DNA of 64,000 nt from contig CAWCCE010000001.1 of assembly GCA_963793945.1 (NCBI GenBank), forward strand, positions 525,716-589,715. Reading direction: 5' to 3'. The notes under the pieces were generated by a model, which did no database searches, was not told where the DNA came from, and saw only the letters and a program-made list of their open reading frames with translations. This DNA is from an uncultured Acidobacteriota bacterium (GTDB lineage: Bacteria > Acidobacteriota > Terriglobia > Terriglobales > Acidobacteriaceae). Within the stretch, counting starts at the first letter, position 1. Each line of letters begins with the position of its first letter. This document shows positions 60,509-64,000 of the stretch, in pieces. A program made the position numbers and the translations under genes.

Positions 60509-63346
60509 TTATTCGTCAGGTTCGGGCGCGGCCTCTGTGGTCGCGTCAGTTTTCGGATGAGCCGCAACGATCGCCTGCCAGTTCAGAATCGCGTTCCACA
60601 GCAGTCGCTGGTCTCCGCGATTCAAGTCGCGGTGCATCGGATTGAAATTGAAACTGACCACGTGTCCTTTGCTCACAGGCATGTCTAAGATTGCTGGCCG
60701 CCCAATCAGATTTTCCTCTCCCCACGCTTGGCCACTCACAACGAAAGATTGGGCGTCAGAGTCACCCCATTCCATCACAACTCCGCTGCGATCTTCGGGA
60801 CCATCGAGACAAGTCGTGCAATACGCCATGCGCAGCCAGCGACGCGGAGTATTGTAGAGCGGAAAATTCTGTCGGAAGACATACGTGTGCGTGGGGTATC
60901 CGTAGGCAATGGGATGATCCGGGCGGTCGAAGGTGACGCGGACATGGGCCCCGGGCGTGCGCGTGCCCGCTTGCTGCGACGCAGCTGACGAAGCCCCGCC
61001 CCCTCCCGCCCCGCTGCGTGGAACTCCTCCGGACGAACGTCGAACGAAGCGCACGAGTCCGCCTTCGAGCGCGAGCATACTTCCACTGCCCAGCGTTATC
61101 ATCAGGCCGCCATCGTCGATGAATTGTTGAATCTGCGCCAGTCCTACGTAGCCGATTCCTCCAGTGATGTCGTCCGATTCCGCCGGCGTTCCAAAGCTCG
61201 GCGTTTGCGAGGTTTTCTTAAACGGCATGGGCGACCATATCTTGGGCAAGCCTTCGATCTGCTCGGCGAGTTCGAGATCAACGTGGCCGTAGAGCAACAC
61301 GTCAATGCGCGAACGCAGATTTCCCGCGCGAATGTCTTCGTCACGCAAATACGTGTACGGAACCTTCCGCTGATCGAGCGAGTATCGAATCCATCCAATC
61401 GAGTCGGTGTCGGCCCACGGAACCCACACTCCAATGCGAGGTGCTTCCGCTCTGTGCGCGGTGACGTTTGGGGCGAACGAAGTTTCTGTGAAGTCGAGAC
61501 CAAGTTCGGCAGCTGCAGATTGAATCGCGTCGTGCAATCCCGCTTGATCGCCGATGATCCATGATCCGGCAGGAAACTTCGCGCGATCCTGCTCAAACTC
61601 GTGCTCGGCGATTTGAATTTCAAAATTCGCGAGGCGATAGCGCGCTGCGAGCAATGACTCCTGTCCAGTATCCTTCAGCAAATAAACAGCGCCACCTCCT
61701 TTGACGTGTCCTGTGACGTGCGGCGTCTCCGTCAGTGCCGTGACTGATGCTTCACGAATCGATGCGTCAGAAGTGGGAATTGCATCCAGATGATAGTGCG
61801 CCGGAAGCTCCCATGAAACGTCGTCATAAGGAGCCTCACCGTCCTTCGGATAATTCTGCGGAGTGAGCAGATCGACCGCGTAGTTGCGATACGGCTGGTC
61901 GAGCCGCACCACATAAGTTCCTGCTGGATAGCTTCCATCCTTCAGTTGAATGGCATTTTGCGCGCGCGAAACTTCAATATGCTGCCCGATCAACCGTCCT
62001 ACCATTTGAGCCACGCGCGCTGGATCGCCTTGATCCTCTGGGATCAGAAATGCATAAGGCGGTTGTGTGAGCCCTTTCTGCCAAGAGTCCCATCCTTTCT
62101 TGTAGAAATTTCGGAGCATCTCTTTTGACTGGCGCGCGGTTTCGTCCAGCGCGATCAGGGCGCCCGTTTCCTGATAATTCAGATTGTCCCGGGCTGACCA
62201 TGTCACCTCGCTGGGCGCAGGCACCAGTTGGTACCACTGCATCCGCGTTGCTGACGGCGTAATCGATCGCTTCTCCGTCTCCGCGCTGCCGTTGCCGAAC
62301 GTTTCGTATCCTCGCCCAATGCTGTTGTGATTCATGGCCACGGAATCGAGGTACAAGTGCGCGAAGGCCTCGCCAAAATTCCACGTCGAAACGCCAGGCA
62401 TCCCCATCGCCGTCATGGCTTCAACTTCGCGAAAGCTGAGCTCGAGAAACTCGCTGTACGTGATCGGATCGATGTTCGGGTTATAGGGGCCTGTTCCATT
62501 CCACGTCATCATCAGGGGCACGCCCTCGTGCAGGTCGTGCACGACCGTCGGATGCCACTCGTGAAACATGCGGTGAACGGCTTTCGTCGTTTCGTGTGTC
62601 TGCTGATGCGTGTCGCGATTGATGTCGACGAATGTGTACTTCGACCAGTACGGCGGCGATTGCCGAGGAAGAGTTGCGCGATCCGTTTTCCCCTTGAGGT
62701 AGCGATAGAACCAGTCCACCATCTTGTCGCGGCCATCCGGATTCGAGATGGGATTAATCAGCACGACGAGCTGTTCCCGAATTTTGCGGATCATCGGCTG
62801 CTCCGACACCGCTAGCCGGTAAGCAAGCTCCAGCATCGCTTCGGTGGATCCGGTTTCGTCCGAATGCAGTGCAGCGTTGAAGTAATAAAAGGGTCGCGCC
62901 GTTGCGATCAGTTTTTCGGCCGCGTCTTCGTTTGTGCGTCGCGGATCGGCCAGTGCAGCGGTGGCGGCCTTGAGGCGATCAAGATCGCGGATCCCCGCCT
63001 CGTCGGCGATCGCAAGCATAAGAATTTCTCGGCCTTCTTCGCTATGTCCAATGGTGAATACGTGCACGCGCGGGCTTGCCGCGGCAAGGGCACGAGCGTA
63101 GGCATATGCCTTTTCTGTGCCGACAAGCTCTCCCGGAGCGCCCATGATTCGTCCGAAGAATTTCTCAGGCGATGGGACTTTGTCGGACTGCGGAACGTAC
63201 GAGATTAGGGGAGAAACAAAATGCGCATCCGTGGTTGCGGCTGCGATCGCCTCAACTGAGCCTCTTTCCGCAACGTCTGGACTCTGCGCAACCGCAGTTG
63301 CTGCGAACGCAATCGACAGCATCCACACATAAGCCACTCTGAACAT
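60509..63346 (-). CDS. large secreted M14-family zinc carboxypeptidase-like protein
   Basis: Signal peptide MFRVAYVWMLSIAFAATAVAQ. M14 zinc motif HSDETGS and NPDGR. ~945 aa with a long C-terminal extension. Confidence 0.8.
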   Translation of the reverse strand: MFRVAYVWMLSIAFAATAVAQSPDVAERGSVEAIAAATTDAHFVSPLISYVPQSDKVPSPEKFFGRIMGAPGELVGTEKAYAYARALAAASPRVHVFTIGHSEEGREILMLAIADEAGIRDLDRLKAATAALADPRRTNEDAAEKLIATARPFYYFNAALHSDETGSTEAMLELAYRLAVSEQPMIRKIREQLVVLINPISNPDGRDKMVDWFYRYLKGKTDRATLPRQSPPYWSKYTFVDINRDTHQQTHETTKAVHRMFHEWHPTVVHDLHEGVPLMMTWNGTGPYNPNIDPITYSEFLELSFREVEAMTAMGMPGVSTWNFGEAFAHLYLDSVAMNHNSIGRGYETFGNGSAETEKRSITPSATRMQWYQLVPAPSEVTWSARDNLNYQETGALIALDETARQSKEMLRNFYKKGWDSWQKGLTQPPYAFLIPEDQGDPARVAQMVGRLIGQHIEVSRAQNAIQLKDGSYPAGTYVVRLDQPYRNYAVDLLTPQNYPKDGEAPYDDVSWELPAHYHLDAIPTSDASIREASVTALTETPHVTGHVKGGGAVYLLKDTGQESLLAARYRLANFEIQIAEHEFEQDRAKFPAGSWIIGDQAGLHDAIQSAAAELGLDFTETSFAPNVTAHRAEAPRIGVWVPWADTDSIGWIRYSLDQRKVPYTYLRDEDIRAGNLRSRIDVLLYGHVDLELAEQIEGLPKIWSPMPFKKTSQTPSFGTPAESDDITGGIGYVGLAQIQQFIDDGGLMITLGSGSMLALEGGLVRFVRRSSGGVPRSGAGGGGASSAASQQAGTRTPGAHVRVTFDRPDHPIAYGYPTHTYVFRQNFPLYNTPRRWLRMAYCTTCLDGPEDRSGVVMEWGDSDAQSFVVSGQAWGEENLIGRPAILDMPVSKGHVVSFNFNPMHRDLNRGDQRLLWNAILNWQAIVAAHPKTDATTEAAPEPDE

Positions 63347-63473
63347 GAGGCCCCCTCGGCGCGGTGGGGCGAAGTTTAACACGCAGCGCCAAGGCGATTC
63401 TGTTCAGATCTTCCTTCACGAATATGACGGTGGGTCGTTGCCGCGCGCTTCGTCACTGTGATGAAATCCTTGT

Positions 63474-64000
63474 ATGAATCGCCGACATTTTCTCAGTCTC
63501 TCGGCCGCCGCGTGCGCGGCATCTCTTCCCTTATCGCGGCTGTTTGCAGAAAACGATTCTGTAGCTTCTTTGCGGCTCACGCTCCGCCCCGATCGCTTGG
63601 GCAACAAGATCGGCTCGGACTTCACTGGACTCAGTTACGAGTCGGCACAGTTGGGGAATCCAAATTTCTTTTCAGGCGAAAATTCAGGGCTCATCGGATT
63701 TGTGAAGCGGCTCGGTTCCTCCGGCGTTGTGCGAATCGGAGGCAACACCAGCGAGTACTGCTATTGGACTCCTGATCTCAATTCCCAGACGAAGCTTCCG
63801 AATGATGAAAGCATGCGCACTGGAGACAAGGCGAATCCCATTGCCTTTGGACTTGCCGTCGGACCCGACACCGGGCATCGCGCCCCTGCGCCCGTGAAGA
63901 TCACTCCGGCGGCGGTGCGCAATTTGCGCGACTTCCTCGACGCCACCGGATGGGATCTCATCTATGGCCTGAACATGGGCACGGGCACGACGGAAGATGC
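63474..64000 (+). CDS. Tat-signal secreted glycoside hydrolase-like protein, N-terminal part (possibly GH79/heparanase-like); 3' end outside the window
   Basis: Not in the ORF track because there is no stop before the window end. My translation is MNRRHFLSLSAAACAASLPL (Tat-like)...GLSYES......FFS.....L..F.K.LG..GV+RIGGNTSEY..W. Family assignment is tentative. Confidence 0.5.
   Translation, partial: MNRRHFLSLSAAACAASLPLSRLFAENDSVASLRLTLRPDRLGNKIGSDFTGLSYESAQLGNPNFFSGENSGLIGFVKRLGSSGVVRIGGNTSEYCYWTPDLNSQTKLPNDESMRTGDKANPIAFGLAVGPDTGHRAPAPVKITPAAVRNLRDFLDATGWDLIYGLNMGTGTTED

Noticed and set aside
1-64000. Looked for tRNA, rRNA, tmRNA, RNase P, CRISPR arrays, transposases, integrases and phage genes
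   Set aside because: I saw no GTTCGAATC-type T-arms or cloverleaf candidates, no rRNA-like segments, no short repeat-spacer arrays, and no recombinase-like ORFs. The only mobile-looking items are the short hairpin or word elements reported above.

Overview
64-kb, gene-dense chromosomal segment with GC roughly 58-60% (judged by eye). I call about 57 protein genes on both strands. I found no rRNA, tRNA, CRISPR, IS, integrase or prophage signature. The protein set and the word-repeat hairpins in the intergenic regions suggest a soil Acidobacteriota (Terriglobia-like) genome; this is inference only.

Main content:
- Housekeeping: folD, coaE, asnS, ddl, yceD-rpmF-plsX-fabD, pgsA, a fused aroD-aroE, gdh, a dksA-like gene.
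- Secreted peptidases and amino-acid catabolism: S1C/PDZ protease, GGT, two M28/PA peptidases, an M14 carboxypeptidase, amidohydrolase, arginase, GDH.
- Two ABC efflux modules, one of them TetR-HlyD-ABC-ABC2.
- A VapBC toxin-antitoxin pair.
- IorAB-type molybdenum hydroxylase.
- A large surface protein with 7 Ig-like repeats plus a Kelch propeller.

Most interesting loci:
1. A clear SAM-I riboswitch (28081-28198) in front of a threonine-synthase homologue and a CysO-like sulfur carrier. This is a candidate MetM/MetO-type O-phosphohomoserine-dependent homocysteine pathway.
2. An orphan, monocistronic GvpL/GvpF homologue with no other gas-vesicle genes, next to a cryptic terminator-bracketed unit.
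3. A split soluble MCP plus stand-alone hemerythrin (DcrH-like, but as two genes).
4. A GH5 gene whose conserved N-terminal 103 codons have no start codon and lie in frame behind the TGA of Tat-exported IorB.
5. Several families of intergenic hairpins built from tandem 6-9 nt words.
6. Two short genes below the ORF-track cutoff: a 55-aa Trm112-like gene and a 56-aa orphan.

All calls come from reading the sequence and translations by eye. No searches were run.
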